Source: Hydrolagus colliei (taxonomy: Eukaryota). Taken from it: DNA of 64,000 nucleotides. The position numbers and the translations under genes are program-made. The stretch is from positions 21,142,001 through 21,206,000 of the forward strand of contig CM068745.1 in NCBI GenBank assembly GCA_035084275.1, given 5' to 3'. Positions 24,996 through 38,239 of this stretch are shown piece by piece (position 1 is the stretch's first letter; the number at the start of each line of letters is the position of its first letter). Under the pieces are notes generated by a model. That model saw only the letters and a program-made list of their open reading frames with translations, was not told the DNA's origin and did not search any database.

Positions 24996-26254
24996 ATGGA
25001 AAACATAGTCTAATTTATGGCAGCTAATTTAGGTTTAAATGAATATCTGTGAAGAAAACTGCCAGACTCATCCTCCCTAACTGGCAACAACACAGTATTT
25101 TACTTAGACCAATTTCAATATATTGTGATAATTGTATCAAATTCCTGAACGTAAAGCCATTTTATCCAAATTGACTTGAGTTTATACAACATTTCTCCCT
25201 TTTTAAATTAATTTTACTAGTTTTTGTTTGTGTTATGGTATAAATAATAACTGCCTATGTTTGCATTTTTCAAGAAACATAGAACTTTATGTTCCAGTGC
25301 ATTGAGGGAAATGGGTTTTCCACAAGCTTGGTATAGTAACATCACTTGACTATTAAGATTGAGCCATATTTTCCACCAAGTGTACCTGAAGTTTCAGCTA
25401 TTCTGTCTCCGCTCTTTCAAACAACTTTCGCCTTGCCCTCGGTCTCACCACCTTCAAGATGCCTCAGTCCATTTCCCTCCTGCTGGCCTGCCTCATGCTC
25501 CTGCCTGTTCTTCCCCTCCCCACCATCTGTGGGCAAGCTTTGAGCTACTTTACCCAGTTCTCCTGAAAGTCCGCTGTCTCACACTCTCTCTCTGTTTTCA
25601 AAATCCATGTGAAGTCCTATATATACCTCCATGCCCAGGCTCCCTCTTGTCTTCAAATGTTGTTCCTGCATGAAAAGTGCTACTCAAGTGCAACTTATTG
25701 TTGTATCCCTGATTACCATTTATGCACTTGTGACTTGAAATTGAAGTCCAAAACCTTTGGTGGTTTGTCTTAGTCATGGAATCAAGCCTTTCTGGTGTGG
25801 ATTGGTTCTCCCCATTTAAATTTCTATGTAAGGTTATTTAACATTTATTTCCATTTTAGTCAGGAGGGCACAGTTTGCTTATTCCCTGCTTAAAACAATA
25901 GTTGAAGGCAATTTCATCAACATTGTAGTGGACAGGAGGATTACACAAATATAATCAGAGCTCAGTGGATGACACCATTTCCGAGCATAGATTCAAAATG
26001 CCTTGAAAAAAGCATATCGCGCTATCCACCAATTAGGAGGATGAGCGTGTCTGATTCTCCACCAATTGGTAAATTTTACTATTGTAAAGTAATGGAATTT
26101 GGAATAGGATTAAAATTTACATATAACATTTCTTCTTTATAGTATATCAATGTGTATGAAGTGGAAATCTACCAAACTTTAGAGTGCCACTGATTTATAT
26201 TTATAATATTGTGTTACCTTTATTTGGGAGTTAATGTGTTTTGAACTTTGGGGT

Positions 26255-26617
26255 ATTTAAAGCCCTCCACAACCTCGCTCCACCCTACATCCGTGACCTC
26301 CTATCCCCTTACCAACCTGCCTACCCCCTCCGTTCGGCAGGCTATCGCCTGCTCCATGTCCCCCCACCCACCCAACCATTGGTGGGCGAGCCTTCAGTCA
26401 CTCTGCCCCAACCTCTGGAACTCCATCCCAAAGTCCCTCCGCCTCACCTCGCCCCCTCACTGGCTTCCTTCAAGTCTTGCCTCAAGACTTTGATGGACCC
26501 ATCGACAACTCCTTCCCCCACCCCGTCCTCAGCTCGGGTCTGAAGCAGTAACTGTTCAGCGCCTTGGGACATCCTTCTAACATGAAAGGCGCTATGCAAG
26601 TGTAATTTTGTTGTTGT
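26255..26617 (+). mobile_element. L2 3' fragment
   Basis: FKALHNLAPPYIRDLL...LRS peptide; gcgccttgggacatcc...(ttg)n tail. Confidence 0.85.
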
Positions 26618-26654
26618 AGAGGGCTGCACCCAGAGTTAACATTTTTCTGTGACA

Positions 26655-27045
26655 TTTAATGGGAACAAATGTGAGATTATACATTTTGGGACAAGCACAA
26701 GAACAGCGCCATATCTTTAAAATTATGAAAGGTTTGATAGAGTCCATAGAGAGAAATTATATCCACTGATCCGTGATATATGGAAAGAAATGAATAAATG
26801 GGGAGGTTAGGGGAATATTTTTCACACACCGAGTAGTTAGGATATGGACAGCCTTGACAGAAACAGTAGTGGAGGCAAAATCAATGTTGACCTTCAAGAT
26901 AAAACTGGATAGATACCTTAGAAGCGTCAGCTACAAGGGTATGGTGAAAGGGCAGGTACATGAGACTGGAAGGATTGCTCTTGAGATAACCGACACAGAC
27001 ATGATAGGCTGAATGTTCTGTGCTGTAAATTTCTGTGGTTCTGTG
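26655..27045 (+). mobile_element. CR1 3' fragment with internal deletion
   Basis: tttaaaattatgaaaggtttgatag...tttttcacacaccgagtagttagg...(ttctgtgg)n tail. Confidence 0.75.
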
Positions 27046-27663
27046 GTTTTATTGCTTTGAAATGACAATTGATTAAGTATTGGCAATATTAATACTAATA
27101 ATCCTTACATTTCATATGGTGCTTTATGACGTCTTCGAGACATTTCAGAGTGCTTCACAGGATATACTGTAAAGTGAATTGACCATATATGTTGTGGTCA
27201 AATCGTGGCAGCCAGATGTGCACAGCAGTGTCCCACAAACAGTGGATTGAGTGACCAAATTCAAGATAATAATAATCTTTGCATTTGACATAGTGTCTGA
27301 TCATCATCATTAATAACCGTAGATTAAAAAAAAGTTGCTTCGCTCTTCCAACATAGAAACTGAATGATGAAGGTTTAAGGAATAAATGTTAGGAAAAACA
27401 TAATTGGATAATTGGAACATAGTATTATTTAATAAAAAGACAGAGATGGAGGAAATACAACGACAACTAATTTTAGAATGTTTCAATTTTACTTTTCTAT
27501 ATATATTTGCAGTTCATGGGTAATAAAGTAACAAAGAACTTTGAATAGCTTTAATACTGTCTGGCATTCTAAAGGTTAATACAAATGTTAATATTGGATT
27601 AGGTAAATAATTTATGTTAAACAGTCTGTAAAAAAAAAAACTTTATGTACTTTTTGTTTCAAG

Positions 27664-27743
27664 ATGGACCTCGACCATCTCAGAAAGAAATTATTTCATT
27701 GCGAGCATTCATGCTGCTATTTTTGAAACAACTGATTTTGAAG
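27664..27743 (+). CDS. NBEA: Neurobeachin internal coding exon (80 nt, phase 1-0)
   Basis: ttcaAG|AT ... AAG|GTaag; (D)[26 protein letters not shown]. Confidence 0.95.
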
Positions 27744-27896
27744 GTAAGGAATGGGTGACTAAGCAAACATGGTATGTTGTTTCAATCAGCTTGCTGTGTT
27801 GTAGAAAGCTACAATAAAACCACCAAAATTATTAAGTGAAACTCATTGCTGTGATGATGATTTTTTTATTCTATAAAATTTGATTCACAACAGTTT

Positions 27897-28756
27897 TGTT
27901 AAGCTTGTCAGACATCAAACCCTGGATGAGAGCTAACGTTTTACAGTTGAATGTAAACAAGACCAAGTCCCCCTTGATTGGCTCACACCAGTGCCTTCAC
28001 ACCTCAGGCACTGGCAGCATCAACCTCCATGGTTGCTCTCTCCACCTCACCAGGCTAGTCAAGAACTTTGCTGTCTTGTTCGATCAACAGCTGTCTTTGC
28101 TCCCCCACATCCAAGCCATGACCCGCTACGCCTTCCCTCACCTCTATAACATTGCCCAACTCCGCCACTACTTTATCCCCTAGGCCGCTGAAACTCTCAT
28201 TCATGCCTTTGTCACATCCAGGCTTGACTATGCCAATGCTCTGTTTGTCGGCCTTCCCAACTCCTCCCACCATAGGCCTTCAGATTATCCAGATGGCTAA
28301 TGTCTTCTTCCACTCCCAAGCTCTGTGACACCATTTTCACCTGACTCCACAGGCTCCACAACACCCAGATGATTCAATTCAACATCCTGGTCCTCACCTT
28401 CAAAGCCCTCCATGGCTTTGCCCCACCCCTACCAACCTGCCCACTCCCTCCATTCAGTGGGCTCCTACCTGCTCCATGTCCCCCAACCCACCCGCCCCAT
28501 CATCGGCGGGCGAGCCTTCAGCCACTCTGCCCCTAACCTCTGGAATTCCAACCCACAGTCCGTATGCCTCAAAGCCTCCCTGGCCTCCTTCAAGTCCCAT
28601 CTCAAGACCCTCCTCTTCAACGGTCCTATCGGTCACTAATTTCCCTCCACTCTCCTTGATCTCGACTCCTGCTCGTGTCTGAAACAATGACTGTCCAGTA
28701 CCTTGGGTCTTCCTCCCGACATGAAACACGCTATATAAATGTAATTTTGTTGTTGT
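27897..28756 (+). mobile_element. L2 3' fragment
   Basis: LSDIKPWMRANVLQLNVNKTK, LIHAFVTSRLDYAN, (ttg)n tail. Confidence 0.85.
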
Positions 28757-29187
28757 GAGTTTAGAAACGTTTTTGAATAGGTGGTTGATAATAATAATTC
28801 TTACATATATATAGCGCTTTCCACGTCTTATCGACGTCTCAAAGCGCTTCAAGGAATACAACAACATCCCAAGGTTGGGACCAGAGCAGGGTGGGGAGGG
28901 AGACGGCAAGAGGGAAGAAAGAGGGGAGAAGAGGTAGGGAGCCTGAAGTAATAAACTCAAATAAATACCAATATTGCTTTAATTGCCTGGCGTGGAGGGT
29001 GCTATATAAATGCAAGTAGTTGTTGTTGAAATATTTTAACATATACCAATTTGTAGTGAAACTTATGTGATTTCATCTTTCTTGTATGTTTGGTTAACTT
29101 AACAGATTAATTTAACATAGCACACTATGATTGCTTATACTAGCTACAGTATTTTTATAATTTTAAAAATTCTGTTTTTCTGAGTAG

Positions 29188-29250
29188 GATCGTGGTGTGA
29201 AGGAAGACGAACTGCAAAGTATATTAAACTACCTGTTAACAATGCACGAG
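29188..29250 (+). CDS. NBEA: Neurobeachin internal coding exon (63 nt, phase 0-0)
   Basis: gtAG|GAT ... GAG|GTaaa; DRGVKEDELQSILNYLLTMHE. Confidence 0.95.
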
Positions 29251-30559
29251 GTAAATTTTAAAATTCATGGCACTTTTCCTTTAGAAGACCCAATTACACT
29301 GATCAATATTAGATTACACAAAGATTATATTGCTATATTTTAAATTAATATTTTAAAGTCATGCAGTATACATTATTGAACATTAGAAAATAATGGATGA
29401 GAAAGACTATTCACTCACTGAAGTTTATTCTTCTAGTACATTACAATAGCACTGACAAAAAGATAGAGAGCACATTTTCCAGTAAATCTTGTAAAGAACT
29501 TAGAAACATGCCCCTATGTGAAAGGCACAATATGAAATGGAAGGGGTATTATTATATACTTTCCCATCATGACATTTTTTGCTATTTTGGATAATCTCAA
29601 TGTTTTTGCCTCTAGCCTTGCTTAATAGAAACATTGATCACTGTTAATTCAGACTTTATAATGCAAAAATATTCTCATTGCATTCTGGTGGTTTGAAGAC
29701 ATAATTAGTTTTGATTTATTTTGGAGCTCCTTATAGACCATTTATTTGCACTGCATGGTGTGATATTCTACTTTACATAACAGGAACATCTCAGAATTGA
29801 TTTCTCACCTAATATCATGTGGACCAATATTATTCATGACCGTGATGGTTCCATTACTTGAAACACTGACTAGCTTTCAAAATGAAGAATAACTACTAGG
29901 AAGAATACTGGAGGTTTGTGGGGACTCGTGTAAATGTATCATTATTTAGGACAGGGAGGAAGAAAATTGGGAAGATCTGCTTATCGATATACTTGTTATA
30001 CTTGTCCACCTTGCATCCATTTGTCTATATCTAAGATGTATGGTTGACCTACTTAAGTAGCTCCTAGAAACTCTTGTGATATATGAAGTTCATACTGCAC
30101 ATCCTAAAAGTTATTTTTGGCGGTAATGGTTTTAACCTGTTGGATTGGAAAAATTCATGTTTAACTAGAACATTCATTGTACAACTAGAACACAACCCTT
30201 GGGACAGTTCTGTAACTATTTGATGTATTTTGTTCCCACCCCTTAGAAAAACTTGTATCCCTAAGTTTGTATTTTATTTGAATTCTCCATTATTCCAATT
30301 TTTTTGGTAAGAAACCTAGTTATCTTTTCTAAATTATACTACCCATTCCGTGGTTAATCCATAAGAATCTTTAAATAACGTCTTTGTAAATGGGATCAGG
30401 AAGGTCATGATTCGTAAATAATCCACCTTAGATTTTACAGTCATGCATGACATATCTATTATAGCTCCATCCTTGCAGTTGTGTAGTCAGAGAGGATTAG
30501 ATAAAAAGGGTCTTCTTCATCCAAATCTCTCTTGTGATTTTGTGATATTCTGAGATATG

Positions 30560-32280
30560 CCGCATTTCGCCCATGTAATGCACAGTCAATTCACTTTATA
30601 GTATATTCTGTGAAGTGCTTTGAGACGTCTAGAAGATGTGAAAAAGTGCTATATCAAATGCAAGGATGATTATTATTATTATTCCAATGTTGTACAGAAT
30701 TAATATTTGACCAGTATTTTCCAGTAGCCGTGCACACAACCAAATTGTGCACTCATCTTTTAGGCTGTAGGAGAAAGGTCACTTTGGTAAGAGCTTTTTG
30801 ATATTGCCCAGTCGTAGCAAACATTATAAGGAGCATCTCATGGTTTCCTCAGAATGTAATCCAATCTCAACACCAGCACAAATGAAGAAAACCATTGGAG
30901 TTTTGTATTTTTTAAAACCAAGTTCTCGTCTATTTTCAAGATACTGTATCAAATGATTTAAGAGATAAAACCATTTGCTCATGCATTTCTAAAATTCATT
31001 GATCCATCTCTCGAAGGTTGACAAACTTTAAACTTTTGTATTATGTGATATGTACCTCCTGACTATTTATTTCCATAATAAGACTATTCAAACTTTTCAA
31101 AAGCACACAAACAGTATTAAATGGATAATGCATCCACTCTGTTGTATTAATCATCAAGGTGGTTTGTGTTTTACAACAAGTGTTTAATGGAGTCCTACAA
31201 AGAAGCTTGAATGGGTATGGGGATAAAGCAGAGCAGTAGGATTGAATGAACACTTTGCTCTGAGAGCTAATATAGACTCAGTGGGTTGAATGGTGAAAGA
31301 TTTTACTTGTAGGCTTATAATAATAATATTCCTTGCACTTGATAGGGCATTTTTCACATCTTCTAGATATCTCAAAGCGCTTCACAGAATATACTGTTCT
31401 ATATTTGTGGGCGAAACACAGCAGCCAATTGCACACAATTGGCTGCTGTGTCCCACAAACAGTCATGGATTGAAATGACCAATTTATTCTTGCTTATATT
31501 TGAGGAATTATTAATAGGCATGTGGAGTAAACAAACTTGCTTGAGATGGGAACAGGGAGGCAATAGAGCCGCTTGAGGACCGGAATACTGGACATGTGAA
31601 GGTTTGTTCAGTTAGGGATTTGAGCGGCTGAGTTTTGCAAATTGTTGTTGGGGTTTCTTCACCCCTTCCTTGAGGTGTGGACCTACCTCCATACACAGAG
31701 CAACAAAGTTCAAAGGGATTCAATCCAGCCATACAATTGTACACAATTTATAAAGATTGATGGATAGAGCAATAAGAAAAACGCTTACATAATTGTTTTG
31801 GGGAGTTCACTTTATGTTTTCAGAATGACTTTACATGGTTGTAGTCTGTTTAGTGGGGGAGAGGGGTGATGCTGATGAGATTGCTATCTATCTGTACTTG
31901 ATTGTGTGGAGTCCTGTATCTTAGTGGTTAGAGCACGCGCCTTGCAAGGTTCAATTCCCAGCCAGGGCAAATTTGGGCAGGTTTCCTTACTCCACATGCC
32001 TAGCAGTAATTTGGAACCCAGTTGTTAGTCAATCGGTAGATCACTTTCTGGGGGTGATAATCTTTAAACAATATGTGATCATTTATTCACTGAATCCACG
32101 ACTGTTTGTGTGACACTGCTGTGCTGTGCTGTGCCCAATTGGCTGTACATTGGCCCACATATTCTTCACAGAATATTCATGTTCTCAAAGCGCTTCACAG
32201 AATATTCATATTCTGTGAAGCGTTTTGAGACATCTGGAAGACTTGATAAGGCGCTTTATCAAATGCAAGGATTATTATTG
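30560..32280. mobile_element. Cluster of SINE copies: plus about 30560-30682, minus about 31317-31535, plus about 31906-32280
   Basis: Family tail ctatatcaaatgcaagg(att)n or its reverse complement in each; tRNA head at 31906. Confidence 0.8.
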
Positions 32281-32284
32281 TATT

Positions 32285-32818
32285 CAAATGCACTCCATGA
32301 CAGTCTCCCCAGCTCCACCATCCACAAAATCCATCTGATGCAATACTCTACTGCCCACTTTTTCACCTACTGAAAACTCTGTTTCCCCATCACACTAGTT
32401 TGAGCCAGGCTTTACTGACTCCTTATTGACGAACAGTTCAATGTCAAGATCCTCACACTCATTTTCAAATCCCATCGTGCCCTGGCATCTCCTACCTCTC
32501 TGACCTACTGACCACATAACCAACATCCTGTTGACTCCGCTCGACTGGCTCCAGCCTCTTGCATTTCTCTTGTGCCCTCAGTTCTGGTATGTGTGGCCGA
32601 CCTTTCAGCTACTATGCTGCGAAACGCTGGAACACTTTTCCTTTATCCATCTGCCTTAGCCCTTCCTTCCTCATCTTCAGATTGCATGTGAAGACCTTCC
32701 TCGTTGAACATACCTATGGTTACCTCTCCCCATTTCGTTATCATGCTCCACCACTGTGAAGCGTTTTGGGACACCACCCAGCATGATGGGCTTTATATAA
32801 ATATGAGCTGTTGTTGTT
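32285..32818 (+). mobile_element. L2 3' fragment
   Basis: tcaagatcctcacactcattttcaaatccc...cctttcagctactatgc...ctttatataaat(gtt)n. Confidence 0.8.
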
Positions 32819-32842
32819 ACTTTCATCTTTATGTTGGCCCTA

Positions 32843-34600
32843 AAGTGGAGTTGTCCAATACATTGGCCCCTGGCCACACGTGACCAATTGCACATAGAAG
32901 TGTGGCCAATTCGTTCATGCAGTATCAGCGACAAAAGGCTTTAAAAATGGCAGAAACATTCACAACTGATGGAATTCACTAATACGTCTGGTGGTATGAA
33001 TTACAATTCACTCATAATGGACAAGTTTGGAGATTGATAAAGTAGTGAACCAACTGCTGATGTTCAAAGTGGAATAGAAAATCTTACTACAGAATTGCCT
33101 TCTTCATAACTGGCTACTAAGAAATTGAGAAATTGGAATAAAGTTTACAGTAAATTTAAAGTGAATGGGAAATTTATTTCTTGGTCATTGAAAGTGAATG
33201 CAAGGAGGAATTATCTATACCAAAAGGCTGCAGATGCTCAGTCCTTGAACATATTCAAGACTGAGATTGATAGATTTCTTATGGATAAAGTGATTAAGGG
33301 ATATAGGAAAAAGGCAGGCAGGTGGACTTGGATGAGGAGATCAGCCATGATCTTATTGAATGGTGGGGCAGGCTCAAGGAGCTGAATGGCCTACTCCTGC
33401 TCCTTATTCTTATGTTCTTATGAGGGTTTTCCTGATAATTACGCAGATCATTTGCAGCAGCATTCGATAGATTTGTCCAGTACATTTTGCATGCGATACA
33501 TTATTACCAACTTTGAACTTAGGGAAGATCTGCTGTTCTGTACTAGACTTATCCAAATTTATCCGAATGTGTGATTGCAACATACAGTATTTGCTGCTTT
33601 CCAGAAAGTCTTGGAGATATTTGGTTTGTATCTTGATAAATTTGCTTCCGTCACGACTGATGTTGCATCATCAGTAATCAGGTATATGCTCGGATTTGGC
33701 CCTGAACTGATATGATATTTGGCAGAAATGGATAGCAAGCAACAGTCGCTGTTCTCTTTCCACAGCATTATTCACCAGGAGAATCTGTGTGCCCAAATGG
33801 TGTCTGGTGGCTTACTGAAAGATGTGATGATTAAAATAGATTTTTTTTGCAGTATTAGACTTACATTCCCCACAGGCCGAATTTTAACAGTGATTAAAAT
33901 GGTTAACAAAAGCTCTGAATCATTACCAACTATTTGTGCAGAAAGGGGTTGAGTCGGAATATGCAGAGATCGATGGGATATTATATAAATGTTCACTAGC
34001 TGAGTCACAGAAAGTTTTTGGAGAGATTAGTGGAATGTCTTCTGCTGGTCAGAGACTTCCTATGGAACAGAAAATAAAGCTGGTAAAATTATCAGTAATC
34101 GATAATGAAGCTTGGCTGTGCATTCTGTTCTGTTACTTACCAACATCACTTCATATCTGAATGATTTGTTCTTGAAACTTGCTAGGGAAAAGAATGTTGA
34201 TTTGTTACCTAATGTGTGACATTAATGAGTTTCAGGTAAAACTCCAGTTATTCATGGAGCAATTGGCAGCTCACAATTTCATGCGCTTTTCTAATTTGCA
34301 AAGATTCTCTGATAATAACTTCAAATGTGAGAGTTTCTACAATTGGATGAGAAATTTGTTCCACAAATTACAGGGAAAAATATCTGTAGATGCACTGCTG
34401 CTCCTGTGACAGAAGGTAGAAATTTAGAGAATTGGTGCAAAATAAAGACTTCAACGCTTCTCATCAAAAATATGTCCCGACTGTATCATTTGATACTACT
34501 GTAGCATTGGTGTGTCATTGCTCATATCATATGTTGCTTGTATTGCACTGGGTTTGTTTGCTGTTTGAATACAACAACAACATGCACAAACAATTTAGTT
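32843..34600 (+). mobile_element. Decayed hAT (SPIN/Charlie, GTF2IRD2-like) transposase fossil, interrupted by a CR1 3' fragment (about 33195-33422)
   Basis: KFASVTTDVASSVI (TTDGA catalytic-Asp motif), FHSIIHQENLCA (CxxH motif), WL...HLNDLFLKLLGK...FQVKLQLFMEQL...FSNL; many stops and frameshifts. Confidence 0.8.
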
Positions 34601-34849
34601 TTTTATAGTGGCATTGAAAACGTGGAAATATACAGGTATTTCTGTGATAGTGGTAGGAAAGCAGTTCAAAACAATATCTAATCTGGTGCTTTGGTGGCCA
34701 GCCTAAAATCTATTTTGAAAAGCACTACCTTAAAATGTCTTCAATACATGAAAAAATTTAATGTAAGAAATCCCAATTCCTTCTATGAATGCATTTCAAA
34801 GCTGGAAAAGTAATATTGTATAGGCAGGAGAGAGAAAATCTTTCTTTTT

Positions 34850-36240
34850 CAAATAGGGAGAGAAAATAGAAGGGAAAAGGATGAAATGACAAACAATGAA
34901 ATTACTGAGATTGTAAAAGAGGTTCATGAAGAATATAGGTCCAATATTGCAAAAAACATAAGAGAAGTGTTATAAAGGAGAAATAAAAGGTGATTAGAAA
35001 ACTTAAGCCATTTAGGTAGAAAGAAACATTAATGTGAAGGCTTTTGTAATCATATTACAAGTAAGAGGTTAGTCAAGAATAGGGCATGACAGCTTGGGGA
35101 TAAAAATGATTAATGTGAAGTTGAGAATAAAGAATGACACAGTTGCGTAATTTCCCTCGGTGTTTGCTCAAAGAATGCTAAATCAGAAGTTATAGAATTA
35201 CCTCAGGAAGGTGTCTTAACAACGACTAAAGATAATTATTCAAAGTAAAATGGTTAATGTTCAAGTGGAAAATCAGAAGGAATTCGGAGAAGATATATTT
35301 AGGCCTTTAGAGTGCAAGTAAACTATTCACTGTAATAAAGCACAATTAATTCTTTTTTTTTAATATAGTGGCATTGAATACAAGAGCAAGGAGGTAGCAT
35401 TAAACTTGTACAAGACGTGCTCTATGAACCTGCATCCACTCCGTTCAGCGGGATCCAGTCTGCACCATGCCCCCCGCAAGATCTGCCCTACCATCAGTGG
35501 ATGGGCTTTCAGCTCTCTCTGCCCCCACACTCTGAAACTCCATCCCACAGTCTCTTCGCCTTGCTTCCTCCCTTTCTTCAATGCCGGTCTCAAAACCCTC
35601 CTCTTTGATCGTGCCTTCTGCTGCCCTCCCAACTTCCCTTCCCTCCTTACACTCTCCCTCCTCCCCCCTATATAGGTCCCTGACTGTTCAGTGCCTTGGG
35701 ACGTCCTCCTGACGTGAACGGCGCTCTAAAAATGTAATTTTGTTGTGTTGTTGTACTGAATTTTGAGTGTTCAGTAATCTGTATTCCATTATAGAAAATA
35801 CCTCACTGTCACAGAGAGAGGTTATAGTTGTGTCCTTAGCATGATTGTTTCACTGGAACTTGGAAGTGAGGATCTATTACAGGTTTTCAAATTTATGAAT
35901 GGTTTAATGGTGTAAATAGACAAGCAAGGAGAAGCTTGTTTCCATTAATTGGTTCGTTGATCGGTTCCTTGGTTGGTTCCTCTGTTAACTGCATGAAAAA
36001 TCATGAATTGCAGTTGAAAATAGGTAGAAAATTGAGGTTGGAAGAAATGTTCATATAGAGGGTTTTTGGAATATGAAATGTCTGACTACATATAAGGTAG
36101 TGACATACAAGTCAAGTATGTAAAAGTATTTGAAAGAAGATTGGATAAATCCTTGAGTAAAAATAATAATTGAGGGTATAGGGAAATACAAGGCTAATGG
36201 GAATAATGTAGGCATGTAAAGTGCCAAACCAAAGGGGATT
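34850..36240 (+). mobile_element. Old, heavily deleted CR1 containing a younger L2 3' fragment (about 35425-35752)
   Basis: ggcattgaatacaagagcaaggaggta...ttgtacaagac resumes as gtactgaattttgagtgttcag after the L2 (ttg) tail; caggttttcaaatttatgaatggttt. Confidence 0.65.
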
Positions 36241-37518
36241 TTGATCAGGGATTGCTTGTAAGGAAGGAGAGATCTTAAGCACTCTGAGACGCTGTCCGGC
36301 GTGGAGGGTGCTATATAAACCCAAGTTATGTTGTTGCTAATGTTTGAACAGAATATCATGATTGTGCATAGCTCAGTGAGAAAGCAGCTAGGATGGTCAA
36401 GCTAATTGGAGTCACATGTGAGGTGGCAGCAGTGGTAAAGCTTCCATTTTGTCCATGTTGAGTGGAAGAAATTTAAGACTCATTAGGACTTGATTTGTGT
36501 TAGGCAAGTAGTCATAACATCAAGGGACTCTGAATCATGTTGAGTTATGAAGGTAGATTCGGAAAGCATGCATGTAGAAATTTAACTCATATTTGTTAAT
36601 AGTTTTTGTATATCTTTAGGGGGATAGGGATGGTATCACATTAATAAAACTCCTAGTAATTCAGGTACTTTATTTCTGTCATGTTCACATTGTCACAGTA
36701 TGTGAGCTGAAATCATTCAGCCCATCAAAAAATAGTTTTGGTAGATTGCCAGGAAACTAAGGTTTAAGGCATTTCATTTTCTCACTATACCATCAAGAAG
36801 CTGCCAAAGCTTCTTCCAAAGCCTCCTAGAGCTAACCTCTAGTAGTTGTTAGAGTAGCCTAATGTGACTTCGACTGTGTTTCTGCTTTCCATTGGGGAAA
36901 TCAGCTGGTCATTGCCCTGAAGGCACCTCCAGGCTGATAGTCAAGACTGAACACTTGCCATGTGGGGAATTGTCACCCCATCCCGCCCCATTTTTAAAGC
37001 CGGCCTTAAAGCCTATCTCTTTGATTACTCTTTGCATCATCTTCCACCCACTTCTTCCCCAATGGCAGTTTGGTTATCCCATCAGTTGTATAAAGTGCTT
37101 TGAAATGGCAAAGGGTGCAATATAAATGTAAATTATTGCTGCTGCTGTTGAAATATCTCTAAAAGTTACAACTGAGGGAGGTAAGGTGTCCCACGATCGT
37201 GAGTTCCTGAGATGTGTTGAATGTTACTACATTATGCATGCAGGAAGGAATAGTGTGTGACAATGCATTTGCAACTTTTGTTGAACAAAAGAGGAAAGTT
37301 CAAAGTAGCAATGCTGATCAGACAGAGAAAGGAAATGTTGTGACAGTGCGAGTGAAGATGAAGGTGAAGAACAGATGAACCGTGAAATGACTAGCATTTT
37401 CATTAATATTGTCCAGGAGGGCAATAGAAATGCTAAAAGAGCCTCCCGTGTATAGGAATATCATTGAGGTTTTGGCATTATTTATCTCATTGGCTGATGA
37501 CCTATTATCATTCAACAG

Positions 37519-37616
37519 GATGAAAATATCCATGATGTCCTGCAACTGCTGGTCGCCCTGATGTCAGAGCACCCTGCATCCATGATACCTGCTTTTGATC
37601 AGCGAAATGGAATACG
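37519..37616 (+). CDS. NBEA: Neurobeachin internal coding exon (98 nt, phase 0-2)
   Basis: caacAG|GAT ... CG|GTgag; [32 protein letters not shown](R). Confidence 0.95.
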
Positions 37617-38081
37617 GTGAGGAGATTGTTCAGTAATTGTTCGCAGCATGATAATAATAATAATTAGTCATATTTTCAGTGTTGTACAGGGCAACCTCAT
37701 TACAACATGGTCCAATAGCTCAGAGGCTGCGTTGGAAGCGAAAAATGTCTAATGCATTTTCTTTGGCATGTGTAACACTTTGTTCACATAGAAACGTTGT
37801 ATGTGACTTCTTACCTGATGACCAGACATTGGCCTTTATTAGAGGGAAGTCGGTTTTTCAGCTCTAGGCGAGTTAGTGCAGGTGCATATAACATTAGTGC
37901 TGCATCTGAGATTGAATTCTGCTATGTAGGGGTGGGGGTGTTGTTAGAATAGGCTTGCACTTATTTTTTGTTAAACATCATCACAGCTGTCAACATTTAG
38001 AATATAATGCATGAATACAAACACATGTGGGTTTTAATGAATCGCTATAATGTAATTTAAATGTATTTCTTCCCCGGTCAG

Positions 38082-38174
38082 TGTTATATACAAGTTACTA
38101 GCTTCTAAAAGTGAAAGCATCCGAGTCCAAGCATTGAAAGTCCTTGGTTACTTCCTCAAACATCTTGGTCACAA
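38082..38174 (+). CDS. NBEA: Neurobeachin internal coding exon (93 nt, phase 2-2)
   Basis: gtcAG|T ... AA|GTaagt; VIYKLLASKSESIRVQALKVLGYFLKHLGH(K). Confidence 0.95.
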
Positions 38175-38239
38175 GTAAGTGCAGCACAGGTGGCTTTGAT
38201 TGCTTCTTGTTTGAGTACTTTTTTTTCTTCCTTTTGAAC

